A stretch of 64,000 nt of DNA from Octopus vulgaris (lineage: Eukaryota). Below, piece after piece: positions 24,554 to 39,306 of the stretch; the first letter of the stretch is position 1; the number at the start of each line of letters is the position of its first letter. A program made the translations under genes and the position numbers. Below the pieces are notes generated by a model, which saw nothing but the letters and a program-made list of their open reading frames with translations, ran no database searches and was not told where the DNA came from. The stretch covers positions 60,078,001 to 60,142,000 of the forward strand of contig OX597830.1 of NCBI GenBank assembly GCA_951406725.2. Reading direction: 5' to 3'.

Positions 24554-24920
24554 GGCGCAGGAGTGGCTGTGTGGTAAGTAGCTTGCTAACCAACCACACG
24601 GTTGCGGGTTCAGTCCCACTGCGTGGCATCTTGGGCAAGTGTCTTCTGCTATAGCCCCGGGCCGACCAATGCCTTGTGAGTGGATTTGGTAGACGGAAAC
24701 TGAAAGAAGCCTGTCGTATATATGTATATATATATATGTATGCGTGTGTTTGTGTGTCTGTGTTTGTCCCCCTAGCATTGCTTGACAACCGATGCTGGTG
24801 TATTTAGGTCCCCGTCACTTAGCGGTTCGGCAAAAAGAGACCGATAGAATAAGTACTAAAAGGTGGTGCTCCAGCATGGCCGCAGTCAAATGACTGAAAC
24901 AAGTAAAAGAGTAAAAGAGT
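24554..24920 (+). mobile_element. SINE family A, full length
   Basis: GGCGCAGGAGTGGCTG head to (GTAAAAGA)n tail. Confidence 0.9.
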
Positions 24921-26124
24921 ATACTGTTGAACATGGCCACATTCTTACATTAATGTGGATAAGTTCAACGAAAGAAAGCTATGGTTAATTTAAAAATTTC
25001 ATTTATGGTGCTCCAAAATGCTTGACATTATGTTCAGGCTCACCTCTTTACTCTTTTCTAAGCTATTTTCTTGATTTTCTTCGATATATTATTGTAATAT
25101 TTGAACCTAGAAATACTGCTGGTCACTTCATTAACAACCGAAGAAACTCAGACACAGTTATAAAAGAGTTAAAACAGCCATAAAAGTTATCTAAAATTTC
25201 TTTAGTTTATCGCTGATATTTGTTTCAAATGAAATAGCTTCAAGTGAAATAGCAAAATCTGTTGAGAATTTATTATACTCTATGTTTGTATGACGTTCCT
25301 TTTGGGAATTGAGAAAGTGTTTAAATTAATTTTACTGTAAATTTTGTTTGCTTAGTTCGTTGGATTAATTCACTTATTGCACAGAACCTGCCTAAAGCGG
25401 CCTGAAATTTCTTCAGATTTATCTTTAAGGGATAGAATTAAGATTTGAAAGGAAAGCAGAGTTACTAGTGATGCATTTTGCTTCAGTTAAATTCAAGAAA
25501 AGAAAAAGAAAAACAAGGAAATATAAAAAATATAATCGAAAAAGGTTTAAAGTATCCAGATCATTATAATTCACCAGACATGCGAAATCCAACGATGATT
25601 TTAGTTACATTTCGGCATGCCCGAGCCTTCTTTATGATCATCCAAGCAGTATTTGGACTTTTCCTCGTCTTTTGGATTTCTAAATGTGTTCAGATATAAA
25701 CTTTACGTTGTTTTTCTTTTCCGTTTTCAGGTAGGGGTGGAATTAACTATTGTGTTTGTGAAGGCACTTTTTTAATGTGACCCTTACTTCCCAGCGAAAA
25801 TCCACTTCAGCCATTCCCTCTCCTTAATCCTTAACAAAAGACCCAGAATCTCTTCACTTTGTTGTCATATATTAAAGTTCTTGCCGATCGATTTCAAAAC
25901 AATGAACTTCGGATACCCGATGAAAAGGACAAACGTCTCCAGCAACCCTTGTCCAACTAAGCTATCATCCATACGACCAGCCACGGATGAAATCTAAAGC
26001 AGAAGAACATGTAGATACCTGTCACTGTGTGCAATCCTCATCAAAGTCAAAATTAATCACGTGACGAATTGCCTGATCAAACACATCTAATCAAAAGGTG
26101 CCCAACACTCTGTCATTGCATTTT

Positions 26125-26386
26125 CTGAACCACTAAGTTACGGGGACATAAACACATCAACACCGGCTGTTGTCAAACGGTAGCGGGGTACATAAACTGG
26201 CATAAAGACCCGCACACACGCACACACATGTATACGACTGGCTTCTTTCAGTTTCCGTCTACCAGACCCTCTCACAAGGCTTTGGTTGACTCGAGGCAAT
26301 AGTAGAAGACACTTACCCAAGGTGTCACGCAGTGGGATTGAACCCGGAACCATGTGGTTGGGAAGCCAGATTCTTACCACACAGCT
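26125..26386 (-). mobile_element. SINE family A 5' part
   Basis: Identity to other copies. Confidence 0.82.
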
Positions 26387-26847
26387 ATGTCCGAACTTCT
26401 ATTTAAATATTTGAAGAGAAATACGTTAGGGAATCAGTATGAATCGTAATATCGTAACAGGTACATCCTTACCACAAACTATGTCACCTTTTGTGTGAAC
26501 GGTAATTGTTCAGAATAAACGTTACCTGGAGGATGAGAGATACTGTTTTATCGTAGCTCATCATTTTCAACATTTACTTGTTAGGCGAATGACTTATCCA
26601 AATTTGTTTCATGTTTATGGGGCACAGCTTTTTTTTTTTGTATAACTCAGTTGTTAGAACTGAGCTCATTGTAAATTCTTTTTTGACCAATATTCTTTGC
26701 AGTCAATTTAAGCAGATTTGCTGGTACCTGTGTATTCCCATCTGTATTCCCATCTTGCTTTTATCCCAACAGCATTAGCTCCCTGTTACATAGATTTTCT
26801 CTATAGAACACTAAGAACTCAATTACATCATCCTCTATGACTTCCTC

Positions 26848-27354
26848 GGCCTGGTCAGCCTGTAATGACATGCATAAGATCTGGTCATCAAATCTAAGTA
26901 GAGACTTCAAACTTAAAATCTTCAAAGCCACAGTCGAACCAATTCTACTATATGGCTCAGAAACCTGGACGTTATCAAAGAAGCTTGTGAGGCGGTTGGA
27001 TGGAACCTACACTCGTCTCCTTATGAGAGCTCAAAATCTCTCGTGGAAGCGTCATCCAACCAAAATGCAAATATATGGGAAACTACCACCTGTGTCATCT
27101 CTTGCGAAAGGTAAGAGAGTCCAGTTTGCTGGACATTGTTGTAGAGCTGAAAACAAGGTAATTTCTACTCTTCTCCTCTGGAAGCCATCTACTCGCGATA
27201 CCAGAGGGCGCACACTCTCCTACCCTGATGTAATCTCCAGGGATACAGGCATCCAACAACAGGAGCTCCGTAATGCCATGATGGACCGCGAAGTCTGGCG
27301 TAGCATGGTAAATTCCATTGTCTCGACCACGGTCGAACAATGATGATGATGACG
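26848..27354 (+). mobile_element. 5'-truncated RTE-clade LINE with (TGA)n tail and 11-bp TSD
   Basis: FKATVEPILLYGSETW..FAGHCCR..AMMDREVWR. TSD ATGACTTCCTC at 26837-26847 and 27355-27365. Confidence 0.92.
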
Positions 27355-27839
27355 ATGACTTCCTCAAACCCGTCATCACTTGCAAGTGTAATAAAATCTT
27401 TCCTAATTTTATGCAGACATTCTACTTGCGGAAAACAAGTATCCGAATAGTCTGGCCATGAATTTTTCCAAGCACAGTTCAAAGTCGAGGGTTTTACTTC
27501 ACCCCATGATTCACCTATGTTTTCTACAATGTCCATTATGTTGAATTTCTTCCAAAATGTCTCTAGCTATATTTTTGTTCTCCTGTCATTTTCTTTCATA
27601 AGTTGTTTGAAAGTTCTCAGATAATATGTCATGATGTTAGCTATCATACATTGATCTATTGGCTGGTGTATATAAGCTAATTTAAGTCACAACGTTTTTC
27701 AGCAACAACTTTTTTTTCAGCTGCTCGGGATAATTATTTGTAGCCTTTGCATTAGCACTGACAGCTTCATCAGTCATTTTTATGTTGTGCAAATTCAAGT
27801 GCTTCTTAAATCATTCAAAGCGACCTTAAATCTTTCAAA

Positions 27840-28272
27840 GGCGCAGAAGTGGCTGCGTGGTAAGTAGCTTGCTTACCAACCACATGGTTCCGGGTTCAGT
27901 CCCACTGCATAACACCTTGAGCAAGTGCCTTCTACTATAGCCCCGGGCCGACCAAAGCCTTGTGAGTGGATTTGGTAGACGGAAACTGAAAGAAGCCCGT
28001 CGTATATATGTATATATATATATATATATGTGTGTGTGTATTTGTCTGTCTGTTTGTCCCCCCTCCCCTTAACATCGCTTTACAACCGATGCTGGTGTGT
28101 TTACGTCCCCGTAATTTAGCGGTTCGGCAAAAGAGACCGATAGAATAAGTCCTGGGGTCGATTTGCTTACAAAGAATAAGTCCTGGGGTCGATTTGCTCG
28201 ACTAAAAGGCGGTGCTCCAAAATGGCCGCAGTCAAATGACTGAAATAAGTAAAAGAGTAAATAGTAAGAGTA
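27840..28272 (+). mobile_element. SINE family A inserted in the Tigger remnant
   Basis: Full copy with an internal duplication of GAATAAGTCCTGGGGTCGATTTGCT. Confidence 0.88.
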
Positions 28273-29555
28273 ACCTTTACTAGTCAGAAAAAGGGTTTTC
28301 TTTAGTAAGTTCACCTTCCTTTTTCTGGAAATCGTCATACAAACCTTTTTTGAATTACTATTGTACTTATCGGCACATTATGTCGAGTATGATCCTCAAT
28401 CCATACACCCAAGAGCCATTCGCTAGATCCATGAAAAAAATTAAGCTTTAACAGTTTAAGAATAAATTCTTCATCAGTGAATTTTCTCTGTGTTGTCAAT
28501 TATTGCTCTCACTCACTGTAGACTGTGCAAGCTTTGATGTTTTGACATGACTGATTTTTCTCTCGCATCAAGCTTTTTTTTATATGTAATTCTTTTACGC
28601 TTCATTTACACAATACTACCTTCAGTTGCAATTCAAGTTACCTGGCTTCTTCCAGACATCTTGAATTGTAGGTAATTCCAACAGCAGTAGAAATTTACAA
28701 TTATCCACACAAAAAATGTAGAAAAGAATCAGCACCAAGACTTAATGCTTCCAAAAATCATTTGATGTTTCTTCTGGGAGGAAATGCCCAGTGGTGATAT
28801 GATGCAAGAATAGAAATGAGACGATGAAAGGGTGAAGGGATGAGGTAGGGGGAAGTACTGTATGATCATAGTTAGTTGAAGGGTTACCAAGTTTATGACA
28901 CATCACTCCTTCCACTTCTCATTTGGGTCATAAAGACAACACAGTTTACTCTCTCTCTCTTTCTCCCTCTCGCTCACTCACACACATACACCTCCACTGT
29001 GTTGACATATAACATATGTAGCTACAGATGTTGCTATGGTGCTTATACTATTATTGTTGCTGCCAGTCTGTTATTTAAAAGTTGATGGGTTGGCAGGGGT
29101 AGTGAAATTAGTCGAATTGGTCTTGTACTGATGATGGTGATACTGGAGGTGCTGTTTGTGGTTGTGCTGGTCATAAGGTTCTTGTTAATATTCTTGTTGC
29201 TGTTTAATCTTAAGTCGATCTTCATTGGCCTAAAATCAAAAGCATTTCATTCAACATTTAAAATACTCTACCGTACCACAATATCTCACGAAGGTTTTAT
29301 TTAAAAAGGGGCTGTTTATCTCATTCATACTATCTTCGCTTCATTGCTGCTATTGATGGTCATGAAGGAGTTGGTGGATTGGTCATGGCAGTGATTATAT
29401 TGGTTTTGGTGTTAATGATAGTAGTGGTGATGGTGTATATATATATGAATAAAAAAATGGAGTTAACGTAGGTGTAATCAAATATTTTTACTTTCGACAC
29501 ATGTTTCGAAAATTCCACTGATACTATTAATTGTTAACAAGGTAAAAACACACTC

Positions 29556-29627
<72 letters not shown>

Positions 29628-29842
29628 AAAGGGCTTAGTAAAATAAATTACTTTGCCGCATACTGAACTCATTAGAAATAGCAGCTAAAAAAAAACTTTT
29701 TCAAAAACTATTTCCAATACTTAAAGAAAACCTCTCTCATATAGTGTTTGCTCAATTCAACTCACAAAAGTATGGGGGTAGAGACATTAAAAAATCAAAT
29801 GCAAAGGTTATTTGAGAACGTACGTTTTACCCTCAATTGTTG

Positions 29843-29903
<61 letters not shown>

Positions 29904-30049
29904 ATATATATATGTGTGTATATATATATATATATGCATATAGATACATATATATATATGTACATGCATATATACATATAGATGAATGCCTATATACATA
30001 AGTGTGCGCGCATGTATGTGTGTGCCACGCGCACAAGTGTGTGTTTGTG

Positions 30050-30092
<43 letters not shown>

Positions 30093-30363
30093 GAATACAT
30101 ACACATAACACATACATACATACATATATATATATATGAAAAATGTATAAACAAACGAGGTAACGTATACTGAATGTATATATATACATATGTGTGCGTG
30201 TATGTGTGTGTGCGCGCGCAAGTGTGTGATTGAGTGCGTGTGTGTGTGTGTGTATGTGTGTGTATGTGTGTGTGTGTGTGTGTGTGTGTAGATGGATAAA
30301 CGTTCATTGTGACCCAAGAAAATATAGACAAACAGAAACATTCAGTGTAAAATTTCACATCAA

Positions 30364-30427
30364 ATGGCGGTGCCCCAGCATGGCCACAGCTCGTGAACTG
30401 AAACTAAATAAAATGAAATAAAATAAA
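30364..30427 (+). mobile_element. short 3' terminus of a LINE related to the 61816-64000 element
   Basis: GGCGGTGCCCCAGCATGGCCACAGCTCGTGAACTGAAAC followed by an A-rich (TAAAA)n tail. Confidence 0.65.
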
Positions 30428-31669
30428 TCACACTCCGTAAATATTAATAGTGACGCACACAAAAATTGCTTACGCGCGGTGACACACACATAAATGTATG
30501 TACGTATGTACGTATGGATGGATGGATGTATGGGTGGATGGATCGATCGATGGATCGATGGACGGATGGATGGACGAATGGATGGCGATTAGAATGTTTT
30601 TCAATTGTTTATTTGATCTCAGCTGAAACAGCGAGAACTGGCCTTTTTTTTCTGAGAAGAAAATGTTTTAAAATTTTGTAGATTTATCCGAGTTTCCGCA
30701 AGAGCGAAATTACAGATGGCTTCTGAAATTAGCAATCATACTTCACAATTCTCGTGAGCGCAAAATCACATAACGTGACTGCAACGCGGGAATGCCGGTA
30801 TCTGAAATGACAACTAAAAACCATCTAATTGTTGTATTATATTTTGATATATGTGTGTTCTTTTTTCAGTCATTATTTCGTCTGTATTATTTAATATATT
30901 ATTATATTATAACTCCAAGTTTAGTGTAATTCAATGTTTATTTCGTCCACCTCTCGGTTAGACTTTGGAAATATTTTCTCGTATTTCCAAGATTAATATT
31001 TCGATCTCCCTATTTGCAGTTACTATTTAATGCTTAACCCTTTTCATATCTTTCTCTAACTTTCTCTTATACTCACCTTCCACCCCTCCTCCACCTCCTC
31101 CTCCTCCTTCAATATATTTCTCTCTCCGCTCTCCAATACAATCCCCTTCCCCTTCTCCTGCCCCCCCCCACTCAACCTCAACTCCCTCTTTTAAAAGATA
31201 GGGCAAACATTAATATTCTTTTCGGCTTTGCTCTTTCCTTTGTTGTTCCTTTGATGGGTGTGTGCGTAGTACGATGGTTATGATCGTGGTGGTGGTGGTG
31301 ATGCTGGTGGTGAAGGTGGTGAAGGTGGTGGTGGTGGTGGTGGTGGTGGTGATGCTGGTGGTGAAGATGGTGGTGGTGGCGGTGGTGGCGAGAAACGTTG
31401 GTTGGGTGCTTGTGACATTGTTTGTATATAGAATACTGGTGGTAGTGATGGTGGTGACAGTCGTAAACATGATGTTTGCTGTATCCAATGCTGGATGATA
31501 GTGTAATTCACTGGTTCTCGGCCGGTGTTCATATGACTCTTGCGGGGTCCATCTCAGATTTTGTGGGTCCACACAAGCAAAATAATAAAATGGGGACGCA
31601 TTATTAAGGGTGAAAAATTTTGCTTTAGATGTATTTTTTGCAAGAAACAGCTAAGTTTCTTTCTCAAAC

Positions 31670-31815
31670 GTTTTACATAATTCAATGAATAAACAACAAG
31701 AAAATTCAGAAACACAGGCTCAGTGAAAGACGCAGCAAGAAGCGGTAGGCCTGTTGTTCTTTCAGACGAAAAGCTGTCCAATATTCCTGATAAACTGTTG
31801 GAACAAGGAAGACGT
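31670..31815 (+). mobile_element. Tc1/mariner-type N-terminal HTH fragment
   Basis: RKFRNTGSVKDAARSGRP motif. Confidence 0.55.
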
Positions 31816-32183
31816 GTTCTTGTCTGTCTCCTGTCCAAGCTTGTTTTACGCGTTTAGGCTTAGCAGCCCTTCCTATTTGTTTTCACTGTCCTGTTTGTGT
31901 TACCAATTTTGACCCTCCGTAAAATCCCAAATTTTATTTAATTTGTCTTGCGGGAGCAACTGTTTTATCGAAAGCGTATATTGTTGTTAAATGCTCGAAA
32001 TACGAGAGTAGAAAATCAACCAAAAACATATGAAGAATCGTTCTTTATGTTGTTTGTCTTGTTTACCAATTACGTCTTTCGCTGTTCGAAGAAATACTTC
32101 ATATTCCATGTACACGTACTACGTATTTTTTGTTGTACACGTTTCATGACGTCCTGTGCCCACATAGGCATATATCTATATAC

Positions 32184-32358
<175 letters not shown>

Positions 32359-32945
32359 AACACACACACATATATATATATAATGCATATAACTGATCTA
32401 TTTTTAGTTGTCTATTATTCTAATGTGTGTCTATGCATGCGAGTCAAGTGAGAGTGTGTGTGTATATACAAAGCAATGGTGTAAACTTTGAAAACAAAGC
32501 ACACACATACACACGCACACTAAAACGCCTACCACCACTACCAGACATATGTATATGTATTTGCGTTGTATGTGCAAATATATATATATATATATACACA
32601 CACATAGAAAAAGTGTTATGAGCTCGGCAGTACAAAGGGGGAAATTAGATGGAGAGATATTGATAAAGGATGGAAGAGCAAGAGGTGTGAAAAAGAGACT
32701 AGGTGAGTGGGAGGTGAAGAATAGGAAGGAGGAGGAGGAGAAAGAGGATGAGGAAGAGGACGACGAGGACAACGGCGACGACGGGGAGGAGGAGGAGGAG
32801 GAGGAGGAGGAGGAGAGTTTGAAAAGATAGAAAAGATGATGGGAGAGATACAAGGAAAGAAGATGGAGAGTAGGTAGAATAGGAAGATGGAAGGGACACG
32901 GTGTAGAGGAGAGCAAAAGTAATAATTGAGCATCATCACCATCGC

Positions 32946-33010
32946 TACTACTACTACTACTACCACTACTACTACTACCACTACTACTACCACTACTACT
33001 GCTGCTGCTT

Positions 33011-33041
<31 letters not shown>

Positions 33042-33088
33042 CACTACTACTACTACCACTACTACTACCACTACTACTGCTGCTGCTT

Positions 33089-33148
<60 letters not shown>

Positions 33149-33161
33149 TTACTACTACTAC
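32946..33161 (+). repeat. (ACT)n microsatellite with an internal duplicated GCTGCTGCTTCT variant
   Basis: Direct read. Confidence 0.9.
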
Positions 33162-33868
33162 ATAGCAAGTATGATTATGATGATTATGATGGACAGTGAT
33201 GGTGATGTTATTGTTGGTGTTGTTGCTGGAGATAAAGATGATAAAAAATATGATGGTAAGAATTAGAAGAGGAGGGAGAAAAAAAAGAAAAAGGAGACCA
33301 ACAACAATTTCATTACAGCATCCTCCCCAGCACGTCTTTCCCACCCGGAATGATAAATAGACAGTGAGGTCATATCTCTGTTTTCGGAATCAGCGAACGA
33401 GGTCGAAGGTCAGTGGATCAGAGAGTCAGATGAAAGTAAATGAAGGGAAATGGGATGCGGGGTCGGGGGTGGAGGGGTGGATACGTAAGGGAGATGGAAG
33501 GTGTGGGATCAGGGGGGTAGGAGGGGGTACTGATGGTGGAAATGGGGTAAGGCCGTGTTGTTAGTGCTTAATAAAGCAGAAATCTGCACCGAGAGACACC
33601 GAAACAACTTTAGCCACACTGCCTACTACTACTACTACTATTGGTGGAGGTGGTGGTGGTATGGGTGGTATAACTAGTAGTAGTAGTAGTAAGAGGAGGT
33701 GGAGGGAGAGGAGACAATGATTAGAAGGAAAACGCATAGATATATTGATAGTATGGAGGGGAGACAGAAAGGAAGAAAGATAGAGGAGAAAAGGAACAAA
33801 AACCAGCTCAGTATTCAGTCAACTGTGACAAACTCAAGATTCGTCCGTGACGGCTGCTGTTACGGCTG

Positions 33869-33932
33869 GTTGCCTCGACGACCACACCTTCCCATCTCTG
33901 CTACCGCCACGGTTAACGCTTACCATGGCAAC
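33869..33932. promoter_or_regulatory. candidate pair of RFX X-box motifs
   Basis: CTTACCATGGCAAC (33919-33932) matches GTTNCCATGGNAAC at 13 of 14 positions. GTTGCCTCGACGAC (33869-33882) is a weaker variant. Both lie in a CpG-rich, apparently non-repetitive patch. Confidence 0.35.
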
Positions 33933-34617
33933 AATAGGGAAGGGAGCCTGAAAGGTGTCGTCGCTCGACCTACTAGAAATGGGTACAAAATCTCCGAATC
34001 GCAAAATGTATTTTTAAAAATGTCAGACATTTGGATTATGTAGTATTACATGTACTTACTGTTGGAGTAAAATACTGGATCTTCATAGCTGGAACGCCTT
34101 TGATCATAGCTCTGTTCAGTCGTTGCTAACCATGGGCTAAATCATATTACCACCACCACCACCACCACCACCATCATAAACGACAATAACAGCCACAAAT
34201 AGCATTAGAATGACGACTGCAATACCTCACCTCCCTATCATAACCTCTTCATACCACACATATACACACATATACACACATTGAATATCCCCTGCCCCGA
34301 CACATTCAGTGACGATATATAGAACAATACTCCACAAATAATCAAACATTGCCTTGCTACTGCAATAACGAACATACATCGATACATATGCGCACGGACA
34401 CACACACACACACGCACGCACTGCCTTGAAGAAATTTTAGTCGAATAAATCGACAGTAATACTTTTTAAAGCTTGGTACTGATTCTGCCGGACTCCTTTA
34501 ATCGAACCGCCAAGTTTTGGAGAGATAAACACACCAACACTGATTGGCAAGTGGTGGTGAGGGACAAACTCAAACAGAAACTCAAACAGAAATACACACA
34601 CGCACACACACGTATAT

Positions 34618-34826
<209 letters not shown>

Positions 34827-34827
34827 A

Positions 34828-34919
<92 letters not shown>

Positions 34920-35088
34920 TGTATGTATGTATGTATATAAAGTTAATCCAAACATGAAAACACGAAGAGAAAACACAACAACGCGAGGACGTGGAACAAA
35001 TATACTATTATTGAACCCAAAACCATGTGATTAGGAAGCAAGTTTCTTACCGCACAGCCACGCGCTAGTGCGTATTTTTATGCATATG

Positions 35089-35755
<667 letters not shown>

Positions 35756-35901
35756 ATATACATATGGCGCTGTACGTACATTTTGGTCTCATATATATAC
35801 ACACACGTGAGTGTGTACTGTGATATTTGTATTTGGAACATATATCTCTAGAGCCTTATCTCTCTATCTCTCCTCTCTCTCTCCCGCTTTCTCGCTCTTT
35901 C

Positions 35902-35946
<45 letters not shown>

Positions 35947-36039
35947 TAAAAAACATAATAAACGCACACACAAACGAACAAACGCAGAAGTTCACCATCT
36001 CCTCATCAGTTATCGGCCAGGTCAAACGCAATTTCGCGA

Positions 36040-36320
36040 CTTGGCTGTGTGGTAAGTAGCTTGCTTCCCAGCCACATGCTTCTGGGTTCAGTCCCACTGC
36101 GTGGAACCTTGGGCAAGTGTCTTCTCCTACAGCCTCGACCGACCAAAACCTTGTGAGCGGATTTGGCAGATGGAAACTGAAAGAAACCTGTCGTGCACAT
36201 ACGTGTGTCTTTGTGCCAGTGTCTTTGTGCCAGTGTCTGTTCCACCACCACTCTTGACAATTAGTGTTGGTGCGTTTACATCCTTATAACTGCAATCTAA
36301 TGACGGAAAGAAGTAAAAGA
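36040..36320 (+). mobile_element. SINE family A
   Basis: Head and CORE-like motif; deleted 3' part. Confidence 0.82.
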
Positions 36321-36374
36321 TTATATATATATATATATATATATATACAAAATAAGCAACAAGAATGACTCCGG

Positions 36375-36467
36375 TAATTTGGTACGATCGTTTCGTACTA
36401 CATCATTTTATTAAATGTTGTAAGAATTACAGCAGTTTTAAAATGCTGAGCACTCATCAGCTAATTA
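36375..36467 (-). ncRNA. type I hammerhead-ribozyme-like motif (Penelope/retrozyme-like repeat)
   Basis: Reverse strand: taattag-CTGATGA-GTGCT..AGTAC-GAAAC-gatc-GTA-ccaaatta. Stem II pairs and stem III is palindromic (ACGATCGT); stem I is imperfect. Confidence 0.55.
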
Positions 36468-36664
36468 TAGTGGTTTTCCATTAATACAAACATTTTCATA
36501 TCAAGTGGCAACATTATAGAGAAGGTAGATACATCTAAATTAAGTACCATATTCATTTGAATCTAAATTTTTGCTGAACTATATATATGTGTGTGTGTGT
36601 GTGTGTGTTCATACATGTGCGTGTGTCAACTTTCTCTCTCTTTCTCCCTCTCTCTCTCTCTATC

Positions 36665-36870
36665 TATCTTTTAATATATTACTTGTCTCAGTCATTTGAC
36701 TACGGCCATGCTGGGGCACTGCCTTGAAGGGTTTTTAGTCGAAGAAACTGACCCCAAGACTTATCCTTTGTGACCTTAGTTCTTAGTCTATCGGACTCTT
36801 TTGCCGAACCGCTGGGAGGCAGGGACATAAACACACCAACATTGATTGTCAAGCGATGGTAGAAGGACAG
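36665..36870 (-). mobile_element. SINE family A 3' half
   Basis: CAGTCATTTGAC..GCCATGCTGGGGCAC..TTGCCGAACCGC. Confidence 0.8.
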
Positions 36871-36896
36871 ACAGAGACACAAAGGCATCACACACA

Positions 36897-36939
<43 letters not shown>

Positions 36940-37743
36940 GCGCGCACACACACGCACACACACTGGCTGCTGCTGTCTCAGGTATACTTATGTCTGTAAG
37001 AAAGATATGTCCATGGTTTGATTGGCTTAGATAATAAATCTGTTCGATTAGGGATACTTTTGTTGGTAGTGGTGTTGTTAGCGATGGTGCTGCTGCTGCT
37101 GCTGTTTCCACCCCACCTGCAACCTTTAACCCCGATTTTCTACGGGCCTAAACAACAACAACAACACCAACATCACGAACAACAACGGAACTCAACCAGT
37201 AACTTGTATTACGGTGACCACCGCTATCATCACCACCACGAGTATCACCAGCATAACAACCACCACCACTACCACCACCACCACCACCACCATCACCACC
37301 ACCACCACCACCACCACCACCAGCACTGTAACTGTAGTACTACACACACCCATCAAAGAAACAACAAAAGGAAAGACCAAAGCTTTAAAAGAATATTCAT
37401 AAATGCCTTTTTTAAAGATTGCGTTAAGTCTGAGTGGGAGATGAAGAAGTGGGAGAAGGAGGAGAAGGAGGAGTGCGTATTCGAGAGAACGAGTGAGAGA
37501 GAAGACTGATGTATAATAGAGAAGTACGAGTAAGTGCATGAGGAGGAGGTGAGTAGAAGAGAAGTTTGACAAAGATATTGAGTGAGGGAGGGAAGGAGAG
37601 AAGGAGAGAGAGAGAGAGAGAGTTATAGAGCAGCTGAAATATTGAATCGTTGATAGTGAAGTAGGAGATAAAGAGAGAGCTACCTGTTAATTTATCTGCG
37701 AGCACAACACCATAAGTTCGTTATCTTTATATATCTTGATGAT

Positions 37744-37776
<33 letters not shown>

Positions 37777-37971
37777 ATATGTATATGTATGTATATATAT
37801 ATGTATGTATGTATATGTATGTATATATATGTATATATATATGTATATATGTATATATGTATATATATACATATATATGATAACATGTATGTATATATAT
37901 ATATATATGTGTGTATATATATATATATGTATATATGTATATATATATATATACATATATACATATACATA

Positions 37972-38017
<46 letters not shown>

Positions 38018-38047
38018 TATGATAACATGTATGTATATATATATGTG

Positions 38048-38107
<60 letters not shown>

Positions 38108-38176
38108 TATGTATATATGTATGTATATGTATATATATATGTATCTATCTATCTATTTATCTCTCTGTCTCTCTTC

Positions 38177-38240
<64 letters not shown>

Positions 38241-38970
38241 GTATATATATATGATAACGTATATATACGCATACATATGAGTACATATATGTGAGTGTAT
38301 ACACAACCATTCATATATATGCATAAATGTGTTTATGCTAGTATGTATATATGTATGTATGTAAGTATGTATGTATACATGCATGCATACATACTAACAG
38401 GCGCGCACACGCACGCACGCACACACACACATGCACACACACACGCATATACAAACTGATCGTATGGAAAATAAAACCTCTATAAACACAGCACAGTGCT
38501 CTAGATAATTTATACAATATAAAACTGAATTGGAATATAAAATATTTTATAGAGCGTAATATTTGAATATAGGAAATATAAACAAAGTCTGTAGCCCGGA
38601 AAACAGGATTTGAAATCTCTTATCCCTAGTTATCATCAGCAAGCGAGGGATCGATATTTCAATAAAACTCAGCTTCTCTGGAAAAAGTCAATGTTGAAAA
38701 TGATTCAAAGATCAGAGGTTTTTGAATATTCTACGTTCAATATTTAACTTTTAGCAACTGGGCGAAATCGCAAAATTCGAATTCAGCTCACACATGACAT
38801 ACATAACATATACAATATATATTATATATTATGTATATTTATGATATATTTATATTAGAGTGCTACGCTATCATTAGTTGATATAATGCACTATCAACGA
38901 ATAGGAGTCAATATTTTGTATAAATACATATGCAAGGAAGCTTTTATTTCTTGATACATGCTCTCTCTCG

Positions 38971-39076
<106 letters not shown>

Positions 39077-39270
39077 CACACGTGTGTATGTTTGTATATG
39101 TATATTTATAGTTGCATGCTATGTGGTAGGCAGTTTGCCTCCCAACGACATAAACATAATTTCCGATTCAGTCTCAATGCGTGGTCCCTTGGGTAAGTTT
39201 CTTCTTTCCATAACGCCGAGGTGACCAATGCATTTGAACTGAGTTGGTAGACAGAATCTGATGAAATCCG

Positions 39271-39306
<36 letters not shown>

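Larger units (their letters stand above)
26500..28700 (-). mobile_element. Tigger/pogo-like transposon remnant (CENP-B-type transposase) carrying RTE and SINE insertions
   Basis: Ordered fragments MKRKRIT, LAQSTVRAIIDNTEKI, LLGVWIED..PIS, FKKHLNLHNIKMTDEAVSAN, QPIDQCMIANIMTYYLRTF, IGESWGEVKPSTLNCAWK and GFEEV|IEDDVIEFL..NREL. Confidence 0.8.

Noticed and set aside
29490-29560. GAAAC-ATGT-GTC on the minus strand (hammerhead stem III-like); similar traces at ~5060-5085 and ~8870-8915
   Set aside because: The CUGANGA box or helices are missing or too degenerate to call.
32431-33344. Poly-Ser/Val/Thr ORFs
   Set aside because: (ACT)n and (GAG)n repeats.
37018-37509. His/Gln-rich 163-aa ORF resembling a transcription-factor low-complexity region
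   Set aside because: Non-ATG start, built from CAC/CAA/GAG trinucleotide tracts, with no domain or clear splice context.
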